Part shown: positions 49,701 to 61,680 of the stretch, one piece after another
Position numbering within the stretch: the stretch's first letter is position 1
Layout of the letters: the number at the start of each line of letters is the position of its first letter
Assembly: GCF_964194155.1 (NCBI RefSeq)
Contig: NC_135901.1
Coordinates: forward strand, 17,670,001 to 17,734,000
Source: Cetorhinus maximus
Taxonomy: Eukaryota
Reading direction: 5' to 3'
Length of the DNA stretch: 64,000 nt
Program-made: the position numbers and the translations under genes
The notes under the pieces: model-generated
Databases searched by the model: none
What the model saw: the letters and a program-made list of their open reading frames with translations, nothing else
What the model was told of the DNA's origin: nothing

Positions 49701-50139
49701 GGCCCTCCCCGTCAGATCCTTCCTACACGCCAGGAGTCTCACCCCCTCTGCACGTTGCCCTCGAGGTGGCTGTGGTGGGGAAGAGACCGTTGTTCACCTC
49801 CTTGTGGATTGTGCCTTTGCAAAGAAAGTCTGGAGAGAGATGCAGTGGTTGCTGTCGAGGTTCATCCCGAGCAGTTCTGTGACACAGGACTCTGTGCTCT
49901 ACGGGCTGTTCCCAGGGACACACACCGAGACAAACATCGACTGCAGCTGGAGGATCATCAACTCGGTGAAAGACGCGCTTTGGTCTGCCCGAAACTTGTT
50001 GGTCTTCCAGCACAAAGAGTTGTCCCCGACCGATTGTTGCGGACTGGCACAATCCAAAGTCCAGGACTACGTGCTGAGGGACGCACTAAAGCTTGGGGCA
50101 GCTGCCGCAAAGGCGCAATGGGGAAGGGTCGCTGTCTAA
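46732..50139 (+). CDS. Tx1 ORF2, copy 2
   Basis: 1135 aa, intact; about 10 aa differ from copy 1. Confidence 0.97.
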   Translation: MGLKIVSINVRSIKSTTRCVATLDYLAKVKADLLFLQECAIPHLSSYRQWSRWWSHGPSIWSGGNDSRSSGLGILLRGGNFTVSEVKEVVGGRLLVADVMYKNAPLRLINVYGPAQGAERLEVFQQLPLLLATSRPVILGGDFNCIIDAAGRSGRAGSRLDATSRSLMETVKDAKLHDVFSNPADGAQRRYTWSRPDGSIRSRIDFLFVSRAFTVRSTEVKPVFFSDHCLLLADCHLEEDLRVGRGAWKLNVQLLTPENIEELKRDYKGWRTVKPLFESLTHWWEVIKGSIKRFFILKGTQKARKEQREMSRLQEKMQNLLRLQSMGVDVKEELQEVKGQQASHFASEASKIIFRSRVRSVEQDETCSRFFFQKVHRERSVISSLKEEDGSVKSSRSDILRISKSFYAGLYDVKPTDSTASQSFLSSITEVLDHSTQESLDKPLTPDELTKALESFEKSKSPGSDGLPAELYSALWDLIGPDLLEVYESMLLAGSMSESMRKGIITLIYKHKGEREEIRNWRPISLLNMDYKILSKVIANRVKSALELVIHPDQTCSVPGRKISDSLALLRDTIAYVQDRGVDTCLISLDQEKAFDRISHTYMGDVLSKMGFGEGIRNWIQLLYTNISSAVSINGWETDSFPIKSGVRQGCPLSPVLFVCCIEPFAESIRKDPGIRGVTIPGSGGTQVKASLYMDDVAVFCSDPLSVRRLMHVCDQFELASGAKVNRGKSEAMFFGNWADRSFVPFTVRADGLKVLGIWFGGTGACVRNWKERVAMVKRKLGMWERRSLSIAGKNLVIGCEVLSLLLYVAQVWPIPHSCAMAITRAIFRFIWRSKMDRVCRDAMYKPLDKGGKNVPNIALILMATFVCGCIKRCVDPQYANTKCHYVLRFYLSPVLRRMGLATLPRNAPSSWTVPYHLSLVEKFMQKNTFDHKSIRQWSARNVLEALRDKERVDPVGWFPEQTVKVIWQNASSPELSNKHQDVAWLVVRKALPVRSFLHARSLTPSARCPRGGCGGEETVVHLLVDCAFAKKVWREMQWLLSRFIPSSSVTQDSVLYGLFPGTHTETNIDCSWRIINSVKDALWSARNLLVFQHKELSPTDCCGLAQSKVQDYVLRDALKLGAAAAKAQWGRVAV

Positions 50140-50399
50140 GACCTTTCTACCACAGCGCACCGAGAGACTGGGAACTGTTTAGAGCCCCTCGGGCTGTACA
50201 GATCAAAAGGAAAGGCTGTAAATGATTGTAATATTGTTTGTACTGATGCACCTGGTGATACATTTTGTAAAAGTTTAACCTGGATTGTACCCTTGTAATG
50301 TTGTTTTTGAAATGGTTTTGAATGTGATTGAAGATTTTTTATGAATAAAGTATATTTTTACAAAAAAAAAGGTTCAGGAGAATGTCATAATTCAGAATA

Positions 50400-50505
50400 A
50401 CACAGACTCTGAAGAAGAGTCAACGGACTCGAAACATTAACTCTGTCTTTCTTTCCGCAGATGCTGTCAGACCTGCTGTATTTTTCCAGAATTTTTTGTT
50501 TTTCT
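50400..50505 (+). mobile_element. Short Penelope-derived repeat with hammerhead-like core
   Basis: CTGAAGA-a-gagtc-aacg-gactc-GAAAC at 50409-50435, then the gatgctgtcagacctgctg tail. Confidence 0.6.
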
Positions 50506-51239
50506 TACAGACTACAAAGGAACAGCTGATCTCAAAGATAATCTTTTGCAGTATGCGTGGAGGGGATCAGCTGAATCAGGTTTAAAGGGGTGAAATGATA
50601 TTTTTTCTAGATTGGACAATCACATTAAAATCTGCAACTCAGACGGGACCATGGATTATTGCAGATTTCCATCGGTGCATTATTCCAGGAAGCCTTAAAA
50701 TCATACGGACAGTATTTCAGAACCAGGGTTCCAACTACACGGGGGCAACGGGCAATTTCACCCCAGAAAAGCCCGCAAAAAATCAATCACAGGGACAGCC
50801 ACTATAAGAACAACCTTTGTCGGAGGCAGAATCTGTGAGCAGGAGCTCATCCAGTCGCAATGCAGAATCCCAACTGCTGGGGTGCTGGGTAATTGTGAGT
50901 GGAAAATATATTTTTTGTGATTACTTTGTGGTTATGGGATTGAAACTTTGACCATAGACCAATCAATAAAGATCAGAACCAAATGATAAAGAAAGACCAA
51001 TGCACGGAACTTCCATTATACAGCAGAAGGAAGGGGAATGGGCATTTGTGAAGAATTTACAGCAAGTTAGTTGAACATGACTTGCCCTTAACACGTTTGA
51101 GCTGGCTTGAGATATGTTTAAATCACTTCAAGAAATGGAACATGGCAGAGCACCCATTTACTAGGATTTACGTGTGATTTTTCTTTTTATTTGTTCACGA
51201 TTGGGTAGCAGAAAATTGTTTTCGTTCTCTGTTTTGTGT

Positions 51240-51680
51240 TTCAATGGCACCGCCGATACCCACAATCTCCTGCGTGTGTGAAAGTGCCCTAGTCACTGTA
51301 CAGGAGCCCAACGCGCAGGCGCAATGCTGATGATACCTGGAGCATGCGCAGTGTCAGTTTGCTCAGAGCCCTGGGAGTGCGGGAGACGCGAGTGAGAGTC
51401 GCTGAGGCGGAGGGAGGAGCGGAGCCGGGAGCCGGGAGCCGGGGTGGGACCATTGATTATTGCAATTTCATCCAGAAACACCCGGTTAGGCCGCAATCCC
51501 GGATCACAGCCTCCATGACCCGTGTTTGCAGCTCCGGGGTTTCTTCCCGGTGACAGAGCCGGGTTCAGGGGAAGAGGCTCCGGAGCGGGAGATTCAGAAA
51601 CTGCGGGGAGATCGCGGGCCGCCCGGGGGCTCAGAAACTGGTGGGACGGACTCAGGGTCCGGGTAAGACCCACCTGGGAG
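51240..51680 (+). promoter_or_regulatory. CpG-island promoter and first exon of the ZNF locus at 52 kb
   Basis: gcgcaggcgca and ggagcatgcgcag (NRF1-like); donor-like gg|gtaaga near 51662; paralog of 14100-14230. Confidence 0.65.
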
Positions 51681-52357
51681 GGTCCCCCCTCCTGTGTCCC
51701 TCCCGGCGGCAGCTGGGATCCCGCCTGAGACCCTGAATCAGAGACACAGGAGCTGGAGAACTGAACCCAGGCAGAGGAGAGGGAGGGAGAAAACTGGGAG
51801 TGGAGGAAAGAAATGCTGGAGATGGTGAGATGGGCTTGGATTTCAGCCCAGGGAGGAGGGAGAGTGTGTGGGACGGGGATTTACAGCTTTGGGGGAACAA
51901 GAGAAAAAAGGATGTTCCATAGAAACTAGAATTGTCTGTTCAGAATTTCTGTCCTGGATTTAAAGTGATGACTTTTGTAAACTCGTTTTACAGGGTATGA
52001 AACGGAGGTGACTGGCAGACAGAAAACGCAAAGCAAACATCACATCAAGATCTGTCAGAGGCACTGAATTCATCAGGACCTGAGTATCATCAACTTTTGA
52101 ATGTGGAAGGAGAAATATTTGTCTATTCTGTCTTTGGGAAAGGATTTCAAACATCGGTGTGACTGGAAAAGCCTCAACACACACACACACCCGAGTGAGA
52201 GTGTTCCAGTGAATTGACTTTGGAAAAAACTTTAAGCAGTTACATAGTCTGCAAAAATATCGCACCATTCACAGTGGGGAGAAACTGTTCACGTGTTGTG
52301 TGTGGACAAGGCTTCAACTAATCGTCCAACCTGGAGAGAGACAAGGACCCCCACACC

Positions 52358-53521
52358 ATGGAGAAACCATGGAAATGTATGGACTGTGGGAAGGGATTCA
52401 ATTTCCCATCCCAACTGGAAGTTCATCGGCGCAGTCATACTGGGGAGAGACCATTCACCTGCTTTATCTGTGGGAAGGGATTCACCCATTTGTACAACCT
52501 TCGGACACACCAGCGAGTTCACACTGAGGAGAGGCCGTTCACCTGCCCTGTGTGTGGGAAGGACTTCACTCGGTCATCCCACATTGTGACACACCAACTT
52601 GTTCACACTGATAAGAGACCATTTACATGTCCTGACTGTGAGAAGAGTTTTAAATGCAGAAAAGATCTGCTGATACATCAACGTATTCACACTGGGGAGA
52701 GGCCGTTCACCTGCTCCGTGTGTGGGAAGGGATTCATTCAGTCATCCCACCTTCTGACACATCAACTTGTTCACTCTGATAACAAATTTTTTAATTGTTC
52801 TGACTGTGACAAGAGCTTTAAAAGCAAAAAGGATCTGCTAACACATCAATATACTCACACTGGAGAGAGGCCATTCACCTGTACCAACTGTGGGAAGGGA
52901 TTCAGCCGTCCGTCTGCCCTATTGAATCACCAGCGAACTCACACTGGGGAGAGGCCGTTCACCTGCTCTGACTGTGGGAAGGGATTCATTAATTGATCCA
53001 ACCTTCTAATACACCAGCAACTTCACACAGGGGATAGACTGTTCACCTGCTCTGACTGTGGGAAGGGATTCACCCGTTCATCTAACCTTCTGACACATCA
53101 GCAGGTTCACACTGAGGAGAGACCATTCACTTGCTCTGTGTGTGGGAAGGGATTCACTCGGTCATCCAACCTATTGAATCACCAGCGAGTACACACTGGA
53201 GAGAGGCCGTTCACCTGCTCTGTGTGTGGGAAGGGATTCACTCAGTTATCTAACCTGCTGACACACCAGAGCATTCACAGTGAGGAGAGGCCATTTACCT
53301 GCTCTGTGTGTGGGAAGAGATTTTCTCATTCATCCTATCTGCTGAAACACCAGCGAGTTCACAGTGGGGCGAGGCCGTTCACCTGTAATGCCTGCGGAAA
53401 GGCATTCACTCAGTCATCACACCTGCGAACACACCAGTGGGTTCACAAGCGACTGCAAGGTTTGGATTCTACTCCTGTTGATGCTGTTAATCATACCAGG
53501 ACTGAACCATGTTCATTCTGA
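52358..53521 (+). pseudogene. C2H2 zinc-finger gene (13 fingers) with one in-frame nonsense codon in finger 8
   Basis: ORFs 52358-52996 and 53138-53521 share a frame; a single TGA at 52994-52996 separates them; could encode a 7-finger product. Confidence 0.8.
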
Positions 53522-54864
53522 CTGTCCTGATCTGTTGATGAGGTTCAATATTCTGAATAAATGTGAAATAAATCAGCTTTGTTTGTATATTTTTGTTTTT
53601 CCCCACCTGAGTGTTTAACATCACCTGGCGGGAGTCAGAAAGGACAATCTGGAGGAGGATCTTACGGTAGGAACAGACTTCAGCCTGGACACAGTCCATC
53701 AGGGTCACACTGAGAGAGCCCTAAACAACACTTTGGTCTTTCTCATCTTTCTTCACTGACGGCACAATCCCCATGTGGGTGAATCCTGAGGTGTGTAAGA
53801 AATGTGTCTCAGCTGCTCTCTTCCATGGTTCAGAGCTCCTAGACACAGAACAGAAGGCACTTTTACAACTGGGTTTAGAGTCAGGATGAACAACGGTGAA
53901 TGCTGGAAACATGCTGCCAAATCAAAGGTTGGTGTAAAATTGTGATCTGTTCCTGACTGAAAGTGAAACAGCAGGTTTAAGTTTCCAGATGGAAAATGGT
54001 TCTTAATAAGTCTAAAATGTTTCAACGTGTTTGTGTGTCAGTCCCGAGTCGCTGAATCGAAACCTGCTGAAATTTATTGGGTTAAAATCTGCATTAAACT
54101 AGAAGCTGGAGGATTTCACAGGAGGCTGTTAACTGCTGGGACAATAATACAGCAGTTTGATTCCCAGATAAAGAACGACCTGCAGCGTATGTCCAAGAAT
54201 TCCCAGTTTTATTGTTGTGTGCTTCCCACACACTGTCCTTTTAAATATACCTCACTCCTACCAGCCTTTAACTATCAGAAAGGTAACAGAGAAAAGGCTG
54301 AAGCTGTGTCTGCCCCTTTAACTTCACAGTGTCAGGACCCCTTCTGTCCCTTTAAGAATGAGTGACGTGTTCAGCTGAAGATTCCTATTGGTAGTTTTCT
54401 GGGCGGTTTCCTTATTTTGATCATTCCCGGTGAGCCTTGGGTGTATGAACCCGCCCTGTCCCTGGGTGCGCCACCCCGCGCCAACCCAACCCACCCCCAG
54501 ACACACAAGCCCGCCCCGTTCCTGGGCGCGCCAACCCACCCTGTCCCCAGGTGTGTGAACCTGCTCTATGTGGTACTCGCCTGTGGGCTCTCGTGTTTCT
54601 CTCCATCTCGTTGATTCTGCTCCTTCTGCTTGAAGTTGCTGTTTGTGATTTTATTATCTGGAAGTTTAACAGTAACGGTATTAACCAATGTTATGGTCAA
54701 ACTGTTGATGTAAAATGTCACCTTCGCTCCTTAAACATTTTAGTAGCAGCTTGGTTACAGTGACAACACTGATTTCAGGATCTCTAAATTGTGGATTTCA
54801 CCTTCAGAACCTGAGCATGTTGACCAGGCTTCTAACCTCATGATGATATTCAAAATCTGCAATT

Positions 54865-55130
54865 GAGAGCTGGTCTCAGTGATAGTGTCCATGAAATTAT
54901 CATTGATTGTTGTAAAAACCCATCTGCTTCACTAATGTCCTTTATGGAAGGAAATTTGCCATCCTCACCTGGTCCGGCCCACATGTGAGGCCAGACCCAC
55001 AGCAATGTGGTTAACTCTTAACTGCCCTCTGAAATAACCGAGGAAGCCACTCTGTTCAAGAGCAGTTAAGGTTGGGCAACAAATGTTGGCCTTGCCAGTG
55101 ACACCCACATCCCATCAAAGAATAAAACAA
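54865..55130 (+). mobile_element. SINE sharing the family-B LINE tail
   Basis: aaaacccatctg..cactaatgtcc body and cccacatcccat...aataaaa tail. Confidence 0.75.
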
Positions 55131-55719
55131 AATATATTTTGCATGTGAAGATTTAATCATTTCAAGCATAAATTTAATCTCATTGACAGCTATCAGCAGC
55201 TATTAACTCTGTTATGTATTTGATAGTTAAAGGCTGGTAGGAGTGAAGTATATTTAAAAGGACAGTGTGTGGGAAGCACACATCAATTTCTAATGACTCT
55301 AGTGTTATGTGGGTAATATTTGTGTCGAAAGGATGGGGCGAATCTTGTAACAATCTCCCAGAGATTAACTGGGATTGAGGGGCAAGACTAAAGATGAGCA
55401 TTAGTGCACTGTACTTTACACTACTTAGTGACAAACCCTGTTGTGTTAAAGTTTACTAATTCACACTGGTGTAGTACTGAGTCAATTGCTCAGATTGATT
55501 TTTAATGTTAAGGATTATTTTCCCTGCAGGATTTTCTATTTAGCTTCCACCTGACCCACTGATGGTGTCAGACAGAATTTAGAACTGTCTCCTCAGTTGA
55601 ATGGACTGCTGCAGGATCCTAATGGTATCCAATTAAAAATCTATTTTCTGGTTAACAGGCACAACTGAAACCAGCTCAACACAAAATAGTGTGTGTGAGT
55701 GTGTGCGCGCACACACTCG

Positions 55720-56705
55720 AGGGTAGCAGTGGAAGGATGCTTTTCTGAATGGAGAGCTGTGACTAGTGGAGTTCCGCAGGGATCAGTGCTGGGACCTTTG
55801 CTGTTTGTAGTATACCTAAATGATTTGGAGGAAAATATAACTGGGCTAATTAGTAAGTTTGCAGACGACACTAAGGTTGGAGGAGTTGCAGATAGTGAAG
55901 AGGATTGTCAAAGGATACAACGGGATATAGATCGGGTGGAGACTTGGGCGGAGAAATGGCAGATGGAGTTTAATCCAGACAAATGCGAGGTAATGCATTT
56001 TGGAAGGTCTAATACAGATCGGAATTATACAGTAAATGGCAGAACCTTAAGTGCATCGACGGGCAGAGAGATCTGGGTGTACAGGTCCACAGGCCACTGA
56101 AAGTGGCAACGCAGGTGGATAAGGTAGTCAGGAAGGCATATGGCATGCTTGCCTTCATCAGCAGGGGTATTGAGTATAAAAGCTGGGAAGTCATGCTGCA
56201 GCTGTGTAGAACCTTGGTTAGGCCACACTTGGAGGTTTACCAGGATGCTGCCTGGTCTGGAGGTTATTAGCTATGAGGAGAGGTTGGAGAAACTCGGATT
56301 GTTCTCACTAGAGCGACGAAGATTGAGGGGCGACTTGATAGAAGTTTACAAAATTATGAGTGGCATGGACAGAGTAGATAGTCAGAAGCTTTTTCCCAGG
56401 GTGGAAGAGTCAATTACTAGGGAACATAGATTTAAGGTGAGAGGAGAAAACTTTAGAGGAGATGTGCGGGGCAAGTTTTTTACGCAGAGGGTAGTGAGTG
56501 TCTGGAATTCGCTGCCAGAGGAGGTGGTGGAAGCAGGTACGATAGTGGTGTTTAAGAGGCAACTTGACAAATACATGAATAGGATGGGAATAGAGGGATA
56601 TGGACCCCGGAAGTGCAAAATGTTTTAGTTTGACAGGCAATATGATCGGCGCAGGCTTGGAGGGCCGAAGGGCCTGTTCCTGTGCTGTCCTTTTCTTCTT
56701 TGTTC
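55720..56705 (+). mobile_element. CR1 LINE 3' fragment
   Basis: GVPQGSVLGPLLF...FADDTK...RRLRGDLIEVYK. Confidence 0.85.
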
Positions 56706-56961
56706 TTGTGTTAATGTGTCTGATTGTGAACGCATCATTCTTCACGTTTGCAATGTATTTCCTGAAGTAATTATCTCCAGAAAGTATTTTAGTCCTTTAT
56801 TTCCATTTATTCCAAATGTAATATCTTTGCAAATCTTTTAATAGCACTGACAATTATCTGGAACCCATTCTCTGGGGTGCTGCTGTTTAGAAAACAATCT
56901 CACACTGACCATTCAATTACCAATATGAGCACATCTGTCCCCAAACTCACTTCACCTCTCG

Positions 56962-57125
56962 AGTCCATATGACTTCTTCAGAGCGTACAGTCTTCTTCAG
57001 TCATACGGACTCAAAACGTTAAAGCAGCATCCATCTCCACAGATGCTGTCAGACCTGCTGAGTTTTTCCAACATTTTTTGTTTTTATTTCAGATTTTCAG
57101 CATCCGCAATATTTTGCTTTTATTT
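56962..57125 (+). mobile_element. Short Penelope-derived insertion with imperfect TSD
   Basis: cacttcacctctc / cacttaacctctc flanks; inverted core at the 5' side; gatgctgtcagacctgctgag tail. Confidence 0.6.
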
Positions 57126-60100
57126 CACTTAACCTCTCTCCTCTCTCTGTCAGACACTAAGTCACTTAATCTCTGTTTCAGAGAGCGCCTAAACTCACTT
57201 AGGTTCTTTCTCAGAGAGAGAGAAAAAACTTAACACACTTAACCTCACTTAGCCTCTCTTCTCTGTCTGAGGCAGTGCTCAATGTACAGAGAGTCATTCC
57301 CCTCTCTCTCTGTTTCTCTCTCTCACTCTCAGACAGGCCTCGATTCACTTTAACTCTCCTATTTTTTGATAACTGTTTTTGGGCAAAATTATTTATTTTA
57401 TATAATTTCCCCTTATTTCTCCAAAGCATAACCATCTGCTTGTTTCTCCCTTCAGTGAATATGTTTAAACCCCAAATAAGCTCATCTGTTTAAATCTTTA
57501 AATTGGGAATGGAGGTGAATGCAATGCTGAGACTGGCAGCAATCTGTGTGGTTGTTCTTGATGCTGTCAGAGTGAGTTCACCCTCACAGGCAGGAAGACT
57601 GTTCTCGGAGATAACATGAAACTGACACCTGCTGTTTCATTCTCAGGAAACACAACTTCCGGTTTCTCTGCTGCTGGTTCCTAACCACACATCTCACTTC
57701 TGAGCAGAAAATAAATCCAGGGGCTACAGTCGGGTGAGAACATCTGTCAAGGCGGCCTATATCTGGCCACAGAGTCAGGGCAGAGTCACACAGATCACAT
57801 TGCGGTGACATTTACAAATAAGCCTGTTGTTTCTGTTCAGAGTCTCCATTCCCGGACATATGTGGCTGTATCTGTGGATCAGTCACTGAGTTCCCTCTGC
57901 TCTCCATAGCCAGGAACTGATAGCCTGCTCCTTTCCATTTTATATCATTCTCTCATATCATTCTGTATTCCTTGCTTCCTCTATTTCTCAGCTTTATCTC
58001 TCACCACCTCATCTTTCTGTTTTTCTAAGTGTCTCAGTTTTTCTCTCAGTTTTTGTCTCTCCTTTCCTCTATATCTCTCTCGATGTCAGTGTGTTCCTGT
58101 TTAATTTAGATGTTCAATATCATGAAGGGTTTTTGATTGATTAAAGAAGGAAAAATGGTGAAAGGCAGAAAATGCTGGAAGCATTTGGTCTGGCAGCATC
58201 TGTGGACAGAGAAACAGATTTAAGGTTTCCAGTCCGACATCACTCTTCTTTTGAGCAGGAAAAACAGGGGTTGTCCTTCTTAGATCAGAAAAGTTCAGGG
58301 GGAAATTTAATGGAGGTGTTCAAAATGAGGAAGGATTTGTGATAGTGTCGATAGGGAGAAACTGTTTCCAGGAGCAGGGGGGTTTGTAACCAGAGGACTC
58401 AGAGATTTAAGATATTTGACAATAGAACCAGAGGGAGTGATAAAGAGAACATTTTTATGCAGTGATTTGATGTGACCTGGAATGCACATACTGACAGGGG
58501 GTTGGAAGCAGATATAATAGCTACTTTCAAAGTGAATTGGATCAGTACTTGAAGAGGGAATAATTGGCAGAGTTATAGTGAATGGGACTAATTGGACGGT
58601 TCACTCATCTTTGTGACATTCTGAATTTTCCTCTCCTGAGGTTTTAACATTTGATCTTTTCAATCATAATGTGTCTCAAACAGAAGATTTAAAACATTAG
58701 TTTCTACGAGCTGTCAGATCTGTTTCCTGTGTGTCTGTGTAACTCGGGAACTGCAGGCAAGGGTGAGAAGGAACCGATTCTTTTCAGTTCCTCTAACAGG
58801 TGCACCGTCACTTCAGATACCAGAAATCTCTCGAGTTCCCCATGTCGTCATTGCCCTCCCCTTGGGTATAACAGCTCTCAGTCAGGTGGAGTCAGTCACA
58901 CGTGTCTCTGTCATGACATTTCCACTCCTATTTTATCACACACCTCCCTGTGACACTCACAATAACACAGACACCCAAATATCATTGCTTCCTTACACCT
59001 TGTCCTCCTATTACAATCGAATCTTTACTCGGCCTCTTGTCTCCCTTAATGTAAGATTACCTGTAGTTAAAGCCACCTCTGTTATTAAGAACTGGAATTG
59101 GCCTTTGTGATTATTTTTACACCAGACGCTAGTTGGCCTCGCGTGCTGCAGTCATAACTCCCTTCACAAACCCAAAGAGGAAGAGGTTGTTTTTTAATGA
59201 GTGGGTGGACACCTCAAACCTGCAATCATGTCCCAGAAATCTCTGCCTTGCTGGATGGAGCAACTGCCCAGGATTGTCCCGTCTGTCATTCCCTTCACTC
59301 CTTCTGAGTCTAAGAAAATATCCAGCAAAAGAACAGAGACTCCCATTTATAATGACACCAGGCGCATCAGCTTAGATGATGTGGTTGGGTCTCTGGAGAG
59401 GGCTTGAACCCACATCCTTCTGACTCGGGGTGAGTGCGCCACCAAGTAGTCAATGTTGACGTCAGTTCATATTCCACTAGACCATGTCTGTGTTATTACA
59501 TTCAACCCCATCCCATTCACATTGCATTGATCCTTGGCTCTGTTATTAGGGATTACATTGGCAACACATTGATATCATATTATATCAATAGACCATGACT
59601 GACTCACACTGCTATATGAGACCTAATCTTTGGTTTTGGTGCACTAGATACTGATTGTATTATCATCACTTTGGATCCAATGATGAATTCACTAACACAC
59701 TGCAACCTGACTCTTATTATTGGAACAAACACTGTATTTGTTACACTCAAAGTGAGCCAAACCTTTGCTGTTCTTCCTTCGGGCCCCATCTGCACTCTTA
59801 CTGTATCAGACCCTGTGTGTTATTGTTACACTTATACTCTGCAACTGTTATTATTAAAAAATAACCTGCCTTTTATTTCAGTTCTGGTGTCCGACTTTAT
59901 TATTATCATTGGAAACATTTTTCCTGCCAGTTTTCAACTGGAACTTGTTTCTGGTATTTGATTGTCACATTTCCATGTTTTTAACTTTATTATTTAGTCT
60001 ATATGTGAATTTCCTCATGTAAGTCACACTGTAATTCAGCCTTTGGTCTGAAAATTCGTTTCTTGAGTAAAATACCGTTATTATAGCTCACAGTATAGGA

Positions 60101-60669
60101 TCATAAGCTCAGAATTACCACTTGGCAGGGCACAGGTGGGTAAACAGTGACTGGGATTGAACCTCACCATCACACAGCACCTTCACAAAAGAAAGGGAGA
60201 AAAATCTGAGTGTTGCATCCCTGCTGATGGGCCATATTCTACCACCTGAAGCATTCTGGGTAGCATCATCTGCCACTGTCTTCAGATGGTACAGGGGCTA
60301 AAGGAAGGTGTTCAGCTCATCATGTTTGTACCAGCTCATTAGTGTAGCTATCGAATTAGTCCCACTCCCCTGCTCTTTACTCCTAGACTTGGATATTTCT
60401 TCTCTTCAACTATTTATTCAATTCTCCCAAGAATGTTGCTGTTGAATCTGCTTGCAGCACCCTTTCAGGCAGTGCATTCCAGATCACAAAAACACACAAC
60501 TTAAAAAAGATGTTCTGAAATCTGTGTCCTCTGATTAGCTATTTTTCTGCTAGTGGAGACCCTTCCTCTTTCTTTAGTTTGTCAAAGCCGTTCATGATTT
60601 TGAAAACTGCTATTGTATCTTTTTTCTTTCAGACTGCTGCAGTCCATGTGGTGTCAGTTCTGAGCATTT

Positions 60670-60895
60670 TAAGAGTCAACCATATTGCTGTGGGTCTGAA
60701 GTCATATGCAGGCCAGACCAGGTGAGGATGGCAGATTTCCTTCTCTGAAGGACATTAGTGAACTAGATGGGTTTCTATGACATTTGAAAAGGACTTCATG
60801 GTCATCTTGAGATTTGGTGGGTTTTGAACCCAGCATCCAGAGCATGGGTCTTTGGATTACTAGTCCAGTGACAATACCACGATGCCACCACCTCC
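60670..60895 (-). mobile_element. SINE within CR1 fragments (about 60290-61080)
   Basis: Reverse complement of the SINE body plus tRNA-like head. Confidence 0.65.
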
Positions 60896-61259
60896 ATTTT
60901 TGACCCTCTGCTCCAAGGAAAACAATCCCAGTTTTTCCAGTCTCTCCATATAACTGAAGCCTCTTATCCTTGGTACCATTCTAGTAAATCACCTTCTCTA
61001 AGGCTTTGAAATCCTGTTTAAAGTTTGATGCTCAGAAATGAATATAGCACTCCAACTGAGGCCTAACAATTGATTTATAAAATCAGTATTAACTCATTTA
61101 ACATAAACACACTCAAAATAAACTGTTGAAAATCTGCACTAAGATATCGCATGGAGGAGTTCACAGGAGGCTGTTAACTGCTGCTGCAGTTGTGTAACTG
61201 ACATTCGATCCGCAGATAAAGAAGATAACATTGTGGTTATCCATTGACAATCCCTCATG

Positions 61260-61680
61260 TCAGGGATGATTCTTTTTTGTTGATGACTGGGTGGAAGTGA
61301 GATGTCAGTGTTAGCTGTGGGTTCAGAAATGACTAATGAGCCCTATTTTAGCCTTGCAGGCTCTCCCAACAGTGAGGACATGGGGGTTGTCAGCCAGTGG
61401 AGTTGGTGGTGGATTGTTGTCATGAGCAGCTGACCTCTCTGTTTGTCTCTCTCAGTGGCTGCTCTTGTTGATTGAAGCGTTTTTGGATGATGAATCGCCA
61501 TTTTGGAGGCGATTGGGAATCTGCTTCCCAAGTGTTTATGTTGATAGAGCAGAATGTCACAGAGGCTTTGAGATTGTCTTTGAAAAGTTTCCTTTGGCCC
61601 CATGTGAAGGGCCTTCCTGGTGTAGCTCTGAGTACAGCACCTGTTTGTCAATCTGAATTCAAGCATTCTGATGACATGCC
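61260..61680 (-). mobile_element. RTE-clade LINE 3' fragment
   Basis: Frameshifted minus-strand peptide resembles the RTE C-terminus (QVLYSEL..G....G...FKDNLK...TWE). Confidence 0.5.

Larger units (their letters stand above)
45116..50370 (+). mobile_element. Full-length intact Tx1-clade (Keno-like) retrotransposon, copy 2
   Basis: Same organisation as copy 1, offset by 5271 bp; poly(A) 50362-50370; flanked by the full TSD. Confidence 0.95.

Noticed and set aside
40005-50225. Overlapping antisense and alternative-frame ORFs within the Tx1 copies
   Set aside because: Expected shadow ORFs in GC-rich coding DNA; no domains seen, and the 279-aa antisense ORF is broken in copy 2.
39803-50370. Simple assembly duplication of one element
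   Set aside because: The copies differ in leader, poly(A) length and many substitutions and are separated by a TSD; only reads can fully exclude a haplotype artefact.
54325-54780. Possible LTR (begins tgtcagga, with short internal repeats)
   Set aside because: No partner LTR, PBS, PPT or TSD could be identified by eye.
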